From Desulfosudaceae bacterium (GTDB lineage Bacteria; Desulfobacterota; Desulfobacteria; Desulfobacterales; Desulfosudaceae): DNA of 64,000 nucleotides. The stretch covers positions 1,760,001-1,824,000 of the forward strand of contig CAXXDV010000003.1 of the NCBI GenBank assembly GCA_963674745.2, given 5' to 3'. The stretch's first letter is position 1, and the number at the start of each line of letters is the position of its first letter. Shown one piece after another: positions 32,467 to 41,841 of this stretch. Made by a program: the position numbers and the translations under genes. Under the pieces are notes generated by a model. It was not told the DNA's origin, made no database searches, and was given only the letters and a program-made list of their open reading frames with translations.

Positions 32467-33642
32467 ATGAAAAAACCAGTATCAGGAATTACCTTGCTGA
32501 TCATAGCCGGCATGATATTTTTTCCCGTGGTCGCTTCCGGTGAAATTGATGTCCGGTATACGGATGATGGTTTTAAGATTGCAAACGATGATCAATGGAT
32601 AAAAATCGGTGGTGTCTTAATGTGGGACGTTGATACCGCCAGCGGCACGTTCTGGGATTTTGAAGACGATGATGATGCCTGGCATACACGTTCCGAATTA
32701 AGGCGGGCACGGTTAAATATCAACACCAGGATGTCGAAGAACTGGAAGGCTAAACTTCAATTCAATTACGGGGATGAAGACGGCACTGTTGAAATAAAAG
32801 ATGCCTATGTCGAAAACAACCGATGGAAAATGCTGAATATCATTGTCGGTCAGGACAAAGAACCGTTCGGGCTTGAAAATCTCACCAGCTCTAAAAACCT
32901 GAGTTTTGTTGAACGATCCATGGTTTCCAGCGCTTTCGCGCCGGGACGGAATATTGGCATTTCTCTTAAAGGAGAGATTGCCGTTTTTAACTGGCAGGCA
33001 GGTGTCTATCAGGCTGAAACCCGGGAAGATGACGGCGGTACCTGCGCCCTGTCCGGACGACTGGCAGTTATGCCCTGGAAGACCGGGAACGGCTTTTTCC
33101 ATCTGGGCGTTTCAGGCTCATACCGGGATTATGATGGAGAAAAATTCGAAATTAAAGAATCCGCCCAGATCCATACGGCTGACAATATCATTTTCAGCGA
33201 CGAAATAGATACCGACCACCTTCTGCTATGTGGTCTTGAAACGGCTTTTGGCGTCGGCCCTTTCTCTTTTGCCGCTGAATATATGATGACGGATGTAAAT
33301 GCGATCGCAAAAGAAGATGATGCAGATCTTGAAGGATATTACCTGTCCGCAGGCTGGTTTCTGACAGGGGAAAAACGCCCCTTTAAAAACGGAACCTGGG
33401 GGCGCGTAAAACCAGAGTCACCTTATGGCGCCTTTGAACTGATTGCCAGGTACAGTAGTCTTGACGTTTCTGAAAATAAAATTGGCAGCACTGCAGATGC
33501 CTGCACCGCGGGTGTCAACTGGTATATCAACAATACCGTTTGCCTGATGACCGATTATATGTATTTATCGCTGACCGATAAAGAGACTGATGAAAAAATC
33601 AAAGGAGATGCGGTCTCGCTCCGACTTCAATGCATTTTTTGA
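32467..33642 (+). CDS. OprO/OprP-family phosphate-selective porin
   Basis: ELRRARL, GQDKEPFGLENLTSS, FVERS, GWFLTGE, GVNWY. Confidence 0.88.
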   Translation: MKKPVSGITLLIIAGMIFFPVVASGEIDVRYTDDGFKIANDDQWIKIGGVLMWDVDTASGTFWDFEDDDDAWHTRSELRRARLNINTRMSKNWKAKLQFNYGDEDGTVEIKDAYVENNRWKMLNIIVGQDKEPFGLENLTSSKNLSFVERSMVSSAFAPGRNIGISLKGEIAVFNWQAGVYQAETREDDGGTCALSGRLAVMPWKTGNGFFHLGVSGSYRDYDGEKFEIKESAQIHTADNIIFSDEIDTDHLLLCGLETAFGVGPFSFAAEYMMTDVNAIAKEDDADLEGYYLSAGWFLTGEKRPFKNGTWGRVKPESPYGAFELIARYSSLDVSENKIGSTADACTAGVNWYINNTVCLMTDYMYLSLTDKETDEKIKGDAVSLRLQCIF

Positions 33643-33768
33643 AGGATTATACCTCCGGGTATCCGTCTGGCCATGTAACTTGCGATATTTAAAAAGAATG
33701 CCTGCAATGTCAGCGTGATTATTTATGACATCGTTGTAAATTCTATCAAATTATGACAGAGGTGAAAT

Positions 33769-35337
33769 ATGAAATCGAATCGCAATAATTTCGGATATGT
33801 CGGGCTGATATGGGTTTTCTGCAGCATCCTGCCTTTTTCTATGATGTTAGCCGCCTGTAACAGCAGCGGCGGCGGAAGCAACAGCGGGACACAACCGACC
33901 ACCTGGTACCAGGATGCGGACAGAGACGGTTACGGCGATCCCGATACGACCCTGGAAGCAGAAACGCCACCCGAAGGCTATGTGACAGACAGCACGGACT
34001 GTAATGACAATAATGCCGGAGTTCATCCGGGTGCGGCTGAAATATGTGACGACGGTCTGGACAATGATTGTGACGGCAACATGGACTGTGATGACAACGA
34101 TTGCAGTGACGACCCGGATTGTGATGACGATGCAGGCGACGGCGTCGACCTGACGTTTCCGGTGGTCGATACGGGGCAGGCTATTTGTTATAACAGTACC
34201 GGAGCCATTATCCCCTCCCCTGCCCGGGGTGAAACCTTTTACGGTCAGGACGCACGGTATACCGGACTTCAACCGGATTATACTGACAACGAAGACGGTA
34301 CGGTCACGGACAACATTACCGGCCTGATGTGGCAACAGAATCCCGGCGACAAGATGACCTGGGACGAGGCAGTGGCCGGCGCCGCCGCTTTCAACCTGGC
34401 CGGTTACGACGACTGGCGCCTGCCGACAATCAAAGAGCTGTATTCCCTGATACTGTTTTCCGGTATCGATCCCAGCGGATATGAAGGTAATGATACGATC
34501 GGGCTAACACCATTTATTGACACGGACTACTTTAATTTTGAATACGGCGATCCCGCAGATGGTGATCGTATTATTGATTCCCAGTGGGCGACCGCGACAA
34601 AATACGTCAGCACGACCATGAACGGTGATGACACCATGTTCGGGGTCAACTTCGCGGATGGTCGGATAAAAGGCTATGGCACCGGCCCCATGCCGGGGCA
34701 GACGGAAGGCAAAAAATTCTTTGTGGTATATGTGCGCGGCAACGATCATTACGGTATCAATGATTTTGCGGACAATGACGACGGCACCATAACCGACAAG
34801 GCCACCGGGTTGATGTGGATGCAGCGGGACAGCGGCCATTTTGCAGCAGGCAGCCGTATGGATGGTTCCCTGACCTGGCAGGAAGCCCTTGCCTGGGCGG
34901 AAGAACTCGATTATGCCGGTTTTTCCGACTGGCGGCTGCCCAGTGCCAAGTCGCTTCAAAGCATCGTGGATTATACGCGATCACCCGCGACAACGGGATC
35001 CGCGGCCATTGACCCGGTATTTCTGTCATCGGTCATCATCGATGAAGGGGGGAATGCCAATTACCCCTTTTACTGGACATCCACCACCCATGCCAACATG
35101 CAGAACGGCGCCAATGCCGCTTACCTGGCCTTTGGCGAGGCCCTGGGATGGATGCAGGACCAGTTCGGCGGAGACTATGCATTGCTGGATGTTCACGGCG
35201 CCGGTGCCCAGCGCAGCGACCCCAAAACCGGTGATCCCGGTGATTACCCTTTCGGGCACGGTCCCCAGGGCGATGTCATCCGCATTTACAATTATGCCCG
35301 GTGTGTCAGGGACATGACGGCCGATAATATCGATTAA
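33769..35337 (+). CDS. DUF1566 (Lcl C-terminal) lipoprotein with Asp/Cys-rich putative metal-binding repeat
   Basis: Lipobox LAAC; DADRDGYG...DCND...EICDDGLDNDCDG; two TGLMWQ/DWRLP units. Confidence 0.85.
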   Translation: MKSNRNNFGYVGLIWVFCSILPFSMMLAACNSSGGGSNSGTQPTTWYQDADRDGYGDPDTTLEAETPPEGYVTDSTDCNDNNAGVHPGAAEICDDGLDNDCDGNMDCDDNDCSDDPDCDDDAGDGVDLTFPVVDTGQAICYNSTGAIIPSPARGETFYGQDARYTGLQPDYTDNEDGTVTDNITGLMWQQNPGDKMTWDEAVAGAAAFNLAGYDDWRLPTIKELYSLILFSGIDPSGYEGNDTIGLTPFIDTDYFNFEYGDPADGDRIIDSQWATATKYVSTTMNGDDTMFGVNFADGRIKGYGTGPMPGQTEGKKFFVVYVRGNDHYGINDFADNDDGTITDKATGLMWMQRDSGHFAAGSRMDGSLTWQEALAWAEELDYAGFSDWRLPSAKSLQSIVDYTRSPATTGSAAIDPVFLSSVIIDEGGNANYPFYWTSTTHANMQNGANAAYLAFGEALGWMQDQFGGDYALLDVHGAGAQRSDPKTGDPGDYPFGHGPQGDVIRIYNYARCVRDMTADNID

Positions 35338-35399
35338 CCACCGCGCGACATTAAAAAGGATAACGTTAATTGTTCGCCGTATCGGGACTTTGTTCCTGT

Positions 35400-37328
35400 T
35401 TATCGGTTCAAACTACGAAGATCGCCCTGCCTGACGGTAAATCCGATTTCATCCAGATATTCAAATACCAGCGTACCCTTTGTGCGGCCAAAGCCCAGAA
35501 TCTCTTTGCTTGCCGCCAGATGAATAGAATCGGTGGTTTTTGCCGCTTCTTTGACACGTTGTTTTATAACGGACAAAGACATTGGCAAAATATAATGATC
35601 GAAGCTGATGCGGACCAGTTCACCGTGACGGCAAAGATAATCAACAATCTGTAGCACTTCTTTTTTACTGATGCGGAGACGGGTGGTATGAAAGAAACTA
35701 CCGATTGAAAACGGCGAATCTCCATTTGCTTCAGCAAAAGCGATAATGCGCCGGCTCAAACGTTCCTGATCGGCGGTGAGATCGCCCTTGAATCCCGGTA
35801 TGGTAAAATCAGAACCATGCTGGTGGACGTTACCACTGTCCACAAGAACCGACAACAAAAAATTGAGCAATGTGTCACTCATTGACGGCTTAAGGTAAGC
35901 CTTTATTTCTTCTTTATTCAGCATAGGGACCAGAGGATGTCCGGCCAGTCTGTTTGTCATGGTTGTGATAATGTTTTCGATATATTTTTCATAGTTGTCT
36001 TTTAGAAAATAACTACCGTCATCCAGCCTGATAATTTTTCCGTTTTTCGTCATAGCCGTCATTTCTATCTGGATCGTAGAAACCGACAGGCCGGTGACGA
36101 CTGAAATTTCGTTTACATCGATTGACCGATCTGCATATCGTTGCAGACATGCCATGATCATTTCAACGGTCCGACCGTTTTTCATGGCGATCAGAAAGTC
36201 GACGGTTTCATCGACATTGTTTTCCTCTAACGAAGTCTCAGATAATTCCAGGATCATACCGCCCCCGATTACCGTCAGGTTGTCCGACAATGTAATGACG
36301 AATCGATCTCCCTTCGCGGCCATAATCGTTTCAACCAGCTCTAACTGCACAAAACCGCTTTCATTTAGGGTCAATGATTTTGTCCGTATCATTTTCAACA
36401 TAGAAATTGTTGCGGTTGTCCCGACATATATAACCACCTGCTGTTCATCGACGACAGGCGAAAAAACTGTCAGAGCAGCATTAATATATCGACTTGTCTT
36501 CCATACGCCCGGCGCGGCCAGGGCCATACCCCAGACGACACTATCAAGAGGAATTCGAGGCAGATTTATTCCGACCCGTTGACCGGCAACGGCTTTATCA
36601 ACCCGAACATGATGGACCTCCAGTGAACGGGCTTTAGTGGTTTTGTTTATCGGCAGCATTACAAACGGGTCGTCAACACAAACCCTGCCTGAAAGAATCG
36701 TACCGCAGACGACCGTACCCACGCCGGGCTTGGCCGTGGCTTTGTCGATCCACATTCGAAAAGGATGATCAATCGGTTTTGGTGGTATTGTTTTCAAGAC
36801 ATCAGACAGACAAGCCATCACATCATTTTTACCGGCATAAGATACGGCTGAAAAAGAAACCACCGGTAAATTCTGTAAAAACGAGCTTTTGATCGCTTCT
36901 CTGACTTCATCCTCAGCCAGACGACTCAACTCTTCATCTACCAGGTCGGTCCGAGATAAAACAATAAATCCATGCCGAATTCCGAACCATCGCATTAAAT
37001 TCAAAAAAGCTATTGTCTGGGGCATTACGCCGTCATCCGCGGCAACCACCAGAATAACCATATCCACCCCACAAAGCCCCCGGAAACTGTCAAGCAGATC
37101 CCGCTGACATACGGGAATTTCGATCAGCGCCGCGACATTGCCAATGTCTGTTTTTAATGGCGTAACATCGCAGCCGAAGGATAACTCGGGCAGTGATCTC
37201 TCTTGAGGCTGCGCAACGGCATCTGTCCCGGTCAGGCAACGGATCAGCATGGATTTGCCGTGGCCAGTGTGACCGGCAACACCGACCGTAACCGCGGGTG
37301 GTTCATGTCGAATATTTTCTGTCTTCAT
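35400..37328 (-). CDS. SelB-like elongation factor paralog with degenerate GTPase motifs
   Basis: VAADDGVMPQT, GVGTVVCGT, AGQRVGINL and C-terminal EYLDEIGFTVRQGDLR winged helix; G1 GHTGHGKS, G3 EIPVC, G4 SRTD. Start placed at MKTEN. Confidence 0.8.
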   Translation of the reverse strand: MKTENIRHEPPAVTVGVAGHTGHGKSMLIRCLTGTDAVAQPQERSLPELSFGCDVTPLKTDIGNVAALIEIPVCQRDLLDSFRGLCGVDMVILVVAADDGVMPQTIAFLNLMRWFGIRHGFIVLSRTDLVDEELSRLAEDEVREAIKSSFLQNLPVVSFSAVSYAGKNDVMACLSDVLKTIPPKPIDHPFRMWIDKATAKPGVGTVVCGTILSGRVCVDDPFVMLPINKTTKARSLEVHHVRVDKAVAGQRVGINLPRIPLDSVVWGMALAAPGVWKTSRYINAALTVFSPVVDEQQVVIYVGTTATISMLKMIRTKSLTLNESGFVQLELVETIMAAKGDRFVITLSDNLTVIGGGMILELSETSLEENNVDETVDFLIAMKNGRTVEMIMACLQRYADRSIDVNEISVVTGLSVSTIQIEMTAMTKNGKIIRLDDGSYFLKDNYEKYIENIITTMTNRLAGHPLVPMLNKEEIKAYLKPSMSDTLLNFLLSVLVDSGNVHQHGSDFTIPGFKGDLTADQERLSRRIIAFAEANGDSPFSIGSFFHTTRLRISKKEVLQIVDYLCRHGELVRISFDHYILPMSLSVIKQRVKEAAKTTDSIHLAASKEILGFGRTKGTLVFEYLDEIGFTVRQGDLRSLNR

Positions 37329-37553
37329 AGACCAATAACCCCAAACAATCGCTATTCGGACGAGCAGTCTGTGTTGCGATTCGTTATCCAGCCGAGTAAC
37401 CAAACGCATGGGCGACCGCCGGGCGCCCATGCAGAGCTAGCCACGATGGCGAGTTGTGGGACAGGCTGTTCAGCTTTTCGCTTAACGGATTAACTCCTGC
37501 GCCTTGCAAAAGGCGCCGGGGATTCAGGTTCGGATCCTGTGAGATATTTTGGA

Positions 37554-37862
37554 CTAATCCGCTCCACAATTACCGCAACAACTGCCGCATCCCCCGCCCA
37601 GTTCCAGATTGGAAGTGATTTTAAATCCCCATTCGTTAAAATCAACTTCGATTGGTTGGGCTTTTATCAGCAGGTTTTTGTCGATGACATAAGTAAACTC
37701 ACCCATTTTAAATGACTTGTCCTCAGCCTTTTGTACGTCTACGGCCATGGCGAACTGAGAACCGCTGCAACCCTGGTTTAAAAAAATCCGTATCGGTTGA
37801 ACCTCCTTGCCTTCAAAGTAACGGCCGATTTCCTCATTGGCGCTTTCAGTTACATTCAACAT
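37554..37862 (-). CDS. IscA/HesB-family protein, Cys form
   Basis: MLNVTESA...IRIFLNQGCSGSQFAMAVD and a C-terminal GGGCGSC; RBS AAGGGGAG. Confidence 0.85.
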   Translation of the reverse strand: MLNVTESANEEIGRYFEGKEVQPIRIFLNQGCSGSQFAMAVDVQKAEDKSFKMGEFTYVIDKNLLIKAQPIEVDFNEWGFKITSNLELGGGCGSCCGNCGAD

Positions 37863-37904
37863 ATCAATTCTCCCTTTAAACACTGATAATGATCCTGACT
37901 GTTC

Positions 37905-38273
37905 TCAATTGCTCCTCTCAACCAGATGCAGGTTCTGCTGTATAATCTTCCGGTGCAGCAGGTGATTTATCTGTTGGCATAGATCCATGCAGATAAACCT
38001 CAGATACCGAGCCTGGCAACCGCGGTTCGGATCGATATTTTCCAGAAAATAATGAAAAAAAATCGTGTCCGGTCCCATGGTCTCAAGCAATGCAGTCAGC
38101 CGTTCGGCCAGCGGATAATAATCATCGATATCGACCGGCTCCAAAATGATTTGATTAACAATCTTCCTGATTTCTGAAAACTCGATTGGATGATCACGGA
38201 TCGCTGACTCTGATTTACTGATGCTAGCCTGACAATTCTGTACTAATTTTTCCATCGGCTTAATTTGACTCAT
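37905..38273 (-). CDS. Hypothetical protein
   Basis: 122-aa ORF with RBS, tightly packed in the operon. Confidence 0.65.
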   Translation of the reverse strand: MSQIKPMEKLVQNCQASISKSESAIRDHPIEFSEIRKIVNQIILEPVDIDDYYPLAERLTALLETMGPDTIFFHYFLENIDPNRGCQARYLRFICMDLCQQINHLLHRKIIQQNLHLVERSN

Positions 38274-38292
38274 GCGTATTCCTTATCGCTCT

Positions 38293-39603
38293 TTAATAAC
38301 CCGGCAGATTCACTTCGGCCAAATCCGGCCACAGGTATGTTCTTTCGTTTTCGCCCAGTATTCCCAGAGAGAGGGCGATAATCGTCCATAAATGAACGGC
38401 ACGGTAAGCCCCATCTCCGTGATGTTCACCCAGTTCTTCGATCTGGGCATGACAGTTGTGGCAGGGCGTAATGACATAGGGCGCGCCGGTAGCCATTACC
38501 TGGCGGTGTTTCAGCAACCCATAAGCCAACCGTTGCTCTTTATAACCGGATTGCAAAAATCCGCCCCCACCGCCACAACAGAAATTATTGGACTTGTTGG
38601 GCGTTACTTCGATAAAATTTTCTTCACCGACACAGGTCTTAATAACAAACCGCAAATCATCTGCCAGGGGATCACCAAAGCTTTTGCGGACCTGTTGACA
38701 GGGGTCCTGAACCGTAAATTTTACCTGTAGATCTTTGTTCCAATCGGCGTTAACCTTCAACCTGCCCTCACGGATCCAGCGGGCGTAATACGGCACAATA
38801 GGTTCAATTTCCAGGTCGGTTGGAATGTTATGGCGCTTCTGGCCCATCCACACCGAATATGTGGCGTGACCGCATTCGGTGTTCAAATATACTTTGCATC
38901 CGAGTTCACCGGCTCTATCCAGCGATTTTTGGGTTACGGTCTTCCAGCCCTCATCATCAGCCAGAAACATGCAATAATTTTCTCCGCCCCAACCGACACG
39001 ACTGTAAGTCCAGTCCGCTCCGGCCAGATGAAGAATTTTCCAGAGCGGAACCATTTCTTCCGGTTCCGTTACAGGTTCGCGTGAATTCTGAGTCAGAAAA
39101 AAATGGGCATTCTGCTTATCGATCGGCGCCTGCAGGTCCTCCCACTCGGACTGCGTATCTCGGACTTCATCCAGTATATCCTCAACGACAAACTGAAAAT
39201 CATCTTCCGGTGTTCCCATGGCACTGCAACTGTCGTTTTTCAAGGCCATATCACATGAACCGAGAATCCCCCTGGGTCGTTCTTCCCGTGGCCAGAGCTG
39301 CCTTGCTTCATAAACAATGGCGGCGATATCAATTTCCATCGGGCAGACATGAACACAACGTTTGCACATGGAACACATCCAAACCCATGGATGCTTAGAT
39401 ATGGCATCTTCCATGCCCAGGGAAACCATACGCACGAATTTTCTCGGGTCCATGTTTTCCAGACCGGTCGCCGGGCAGCCGGAGGCACAGGCGCCACATG
39501 TCAAACAAAGATTCATGTTGGCACCATTAGGAATCTTGTTCATAATTTTTTCTTTAAAAGGTGAACTGACTTGCTCACTAATTTTAACCGCTTCAGTTGT
39601 CAT
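38293..39603 (-). CDS. HdrD-like (Fe-S)-binding CCG-domain oxidoreductase
   Basis: CLTCGACASGCP, CSMCKRCVHVCP, QDPC, CCGGGGG, PCHNC. Confidence 0.88.
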   Translation of the reverse strand: MTTEAVKISEQVSSPFKEKIMNKIPNGANMNLCLTCGACASGCPATGLENMDPRKFVRMVSLGMEDAISKHPWVWMCSMCKRCVHVCPMEIDIAAIVYEARQLWPREERPRGILGSCDMALKNDSCSAMGTPEDDFQFVVEDILDEVRDTQSEWEDLQAPIDKQNAHFFLTQNSREPVTEPEEMVPLWKILHLAGADWTYSRVGWGGENYCMFLADDEGWKTVTQKSLDRAGELGCKVYLNTECGHATYSVWMGQKRHNIPTDLEIEPIVPYYARWIREGRLKVNADWNKDLQVKFTVQDPCQQVRKSFGDPLADDLRFVIKTCVGEENFIEVTPNKSNNFCCGGGGGFLQSGYKEQRLAYGLLKHRQVMATGAPYVITPCHNCHAQIEELGEHHGDGAYRAVHLWTIIALSLGILGENERTYLWPDLAEVNLPGY

Positions 39604-39740
39604 TTCCTTCTCCTCTCTAATCCAGCGTTAAACTTTTACAGAATTCAGATCGACTAAAAAGGGTATGAAGCTTCGGCCGGTCTGATTTTTAGTCTTACAA
39701 AACCGAGCTCCGGCCGGAATCCTGAAACAGTCTGAAAATT

Positions 39741-39863
39741 CTAGATAGTGCCGATAAGGGGAAAAGATGAACTGCACATCGATTTTTCAGCTGCTTCAGC
39801 ACCTACCGAACCCGGGCAGGTTGGGATACAATTTGCTCAAGTAAAGCCGAAAAACCGGTACAT
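39741..39863 (-). CDS. Candidate selenocysteine-containing leader peptide (40 aa with read-through)
   Basis: ATG at 39863; MYRFFGFT-UGA(39837-39839)-ANCIPTCPGSVGAEAAEKSMCSSSFPLIGTI-TAG; hairpin ACCTGCC-CGGGTTC-GGTAGGT starts 15 nt after the UGA. Confidence 0.45.
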
Positions 39864-39893
39864 AAAATTTTGCCTTATAAAAATTTTGATGCT

Positions 39894-39968
39894 AATTTAT
39901 TGTGATGGCGCCTGAATGTCAAAGTGATTATATTGATAATTATAATAAATATTATTGATAGAATCTAT
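39894..39968 (-). promoter_or_regulatory. Sigma70 promoter with two LysR-like boxes (island promoter 1)
   Basis: ATAGATTCTATCAAT, 16 nt, ATCAATATAATCACT, TTGACA, 17 nt, TAAATT. Confidence 0.65.
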
Positions 39969-40051
39969 ATACTGGTTCCAACACTTACCGGCGATAATGA
40001 GCGTAATATTACCCCAAACGGTGAACATATTTAAAAATACGAAAGAGAGAC

Positions 40052-40666
40052 TTGATGACACGAAAACATTTTTTTACCATGGCCGTCATCGCCATATTGG
40101 CTTTCATGTTGAGTGGTTGCGGCTTTACCGCCATAAACCTGAACCCGGATGTGCCGATTATTATAAGAGCAGAGCCGGATTATCCTAAAGCCATTGTAAT
40201 ATTTGACAGCTGGAGCGGCAATACCACCCTGGTGGCGGAAGTAATAGCCGAACAGCTGAATGCCCCGGCTGTCTCGGTGGCCCAAACCTGCGATTACGAC
40301 ATGGCTGATTTTGATTTGATTGTCGTGGGGTCTCCGGTTCACGGCGGGCGGCCGACCGAAGAGATAAAGGCTTTTCTGGCTGAACTCCCCAAACCCTGCA
40401 TGTCAGCGGTGTTTGTCACCTTCGGAGCACCGCTGTTCGGGCCGATGACGGCTAACGCCTGCCTGAAGAAAATGGAAAAAAGCCTGCAGGGAACCAGCCT
40501 GGGCAAATTTAAGTGTCACGGACGCCACAAAATCCTCCGTACCTATCCCAGTCACCCGGATGAAAAAGATACCGCAGACGCAACACGTTTTGCTCTTGAA
40601 CTGCTCGATCGCTGCCAGAACAATAGCCAGTCAATATCGTCGGAGCCAATTGACGAAGAAAATTGA
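40052..40666 (+). CDS. Flavodoxin-family lipoprotein
   Basis: Lipobox LSGC; SWSGNT; VGSPVH. Confidence 0.82.
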   Translation: MMTRKHFFTMAVIAILAFMLSGCGFTAINLNPDVPIIIRAEPDYPKAIVIFDSWSGNTTLVAEVIAEQLNAPAVSVAQTCDYDMADFDLIVVGSPVHGGRPTEEIKAFLAELPKPCMSAVFVTFGAPLFGPMTANACLKKMEKSLQGTSLGKFKCHGRHKILRTYPSHPDEKDTADATRFALELLDRCQNNSQSISSEPIDEEN

Positions 40667-40726
40667 TCAGGTCGGATTAAATAATGAAATATCCAGGCTA
40701 CGACCGAACAAACCGGCACGATAACG

Positions 40727-41728
40727 TCACTTATCCGTGGCAAAAAATTTTGACGACCCCTCCAATGTTTCACAGCCACATTCTTTAAAAAGAGCCTGAC
40801 AACTGGGGACGCTTTCTCCCCTTCCTTCTTCAGTTTTTTCCCGATTATCCCGGGGGTTAGCGCCGACTTCCGCCCAGAAAAGACTGGCCCCGGCCAAACC
40901 ACCGAGTGTACATGGTTCGTGGGTGCAATTACCCTTAACTGTTCGGGGCATTCCCAGTCGAGTGACTGCAACAATCTGGGCCATCCGCAATTCTGTAATC
41001 ATGCCCAGTTTTGCCATCTCCGTACCTGGAATGGAAATTCTCCGTGCCGCACCGCTGTAAGCCGGATTTAATGAAGCGGTCAACAGAATCATATCGGCCA
41101 GTTCTTCATTGGAATGTTCAGGACCGACCGGCTCCACACAAGTGCCCACCATTAAACCTGCTTCCTGAAAATTACGAATACTTGCAATCCTGGCCTCTGG
41201 ATTAAGGCCCGTGTCTTTTCCTTCTCTTAATCGCCTGGCGTGATATACCCCTGAATATCCGGCATCTTTAATCTTTCTGGCATTCTCCAGGGACTGATCA
41301 CCGATATTGGCGATCATCATGGTTGATGGGTCCAAGTTCTTTCTGATTTCCTGAGAAATCTCAATAAACGCCGAAAAAGAATAATTAGCCGTGATCATAA
41401 CATAAACCGCATTAGCGCCATCGGCTTCAAATTGTCTGGCATAAGCAATGGCATCGTCTATGCTGATAATCGTTTCATCTTGAAAAACACCGTTAATCGT
41501 TGCAAATGAACAAAATTTGCAATTGCAGGGACAGGGCGCAAGATTTAGGGCAAACTGGGCATGAACTTCCGCCTTGTTATCTGTCAGCTCCTTTGATATC
41601 CGGTTGGCTTCAGCCATGATTAGAAAAGACTCAACAGAATCCGATGGAAAACTAAGCATACGAACCAGTTCTTCGCGCGAAAAGCGTATGCCGTCCCCTG
41701 ATTTTTTTATCAGATCATCTATATGCAT
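40727..41728 (-). CDS. Radical SAM protein, biotin-synthase-like fold
   Basis: CPCNCKFCSF; CVEPVGPEH; GANPRD. Confidence 0.85.
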   Translation of the reverse strand: MHIDDLIKKSGDGIRFSREELVRMLSFPSDSVESFLIMAEANRISKELTDNKAEVHAQFALNLAPCPCNCKFCSFATINGVFQDETIISIDDAIAYARQFEADGANAVYVMITANYSFSAFIEISQEIRKNLDPSTMMIANIGDQSLENARKIKDAGYSGVYHARRLREGKDTGLNPEARIASIRNFQEAGLMVGTCVEPVGPEHSNEELADMILLTASLNPAYSGAARRISIPGTEMAKLGMITELRMAQIVAVTRLGMPRTVKGNCTHEPCTLGGLAGASLFWAEVGANPRDNREKTEEGRGESVPSCQALFKECGCETLEGSSKFFATDK

Positions 41729-41749
41729 TCAATAACCTCATAATAAATT

Positions 41750-41781
41750 GAGCAGCCATCGGCTCAAGCCGAAGGCTGCTC
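41750..41781 (-). terminator. Intergenic hairpin (terminator or mRNA stabiliser)
   Basis: GAGCAGCC-A-TCGGCT-CA-AGCCGA-A-GGCTGCTC. Confidence 0.5.
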
Positions 41782-41841
41782 ATCGTTATAACAACTTCTG
41801 TACGCTCTAATCAATGAATTTAATCAGCCCTTTTGAGCCGT

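Noticed and set aside
37490..37545. tRNA (e.g. selC) suggested by CAGGTTCGGATCCTG
   Set aside because: Only a T-arm-like hairpin; no acceptor stem, D arm or UCA anticodon arm can be built
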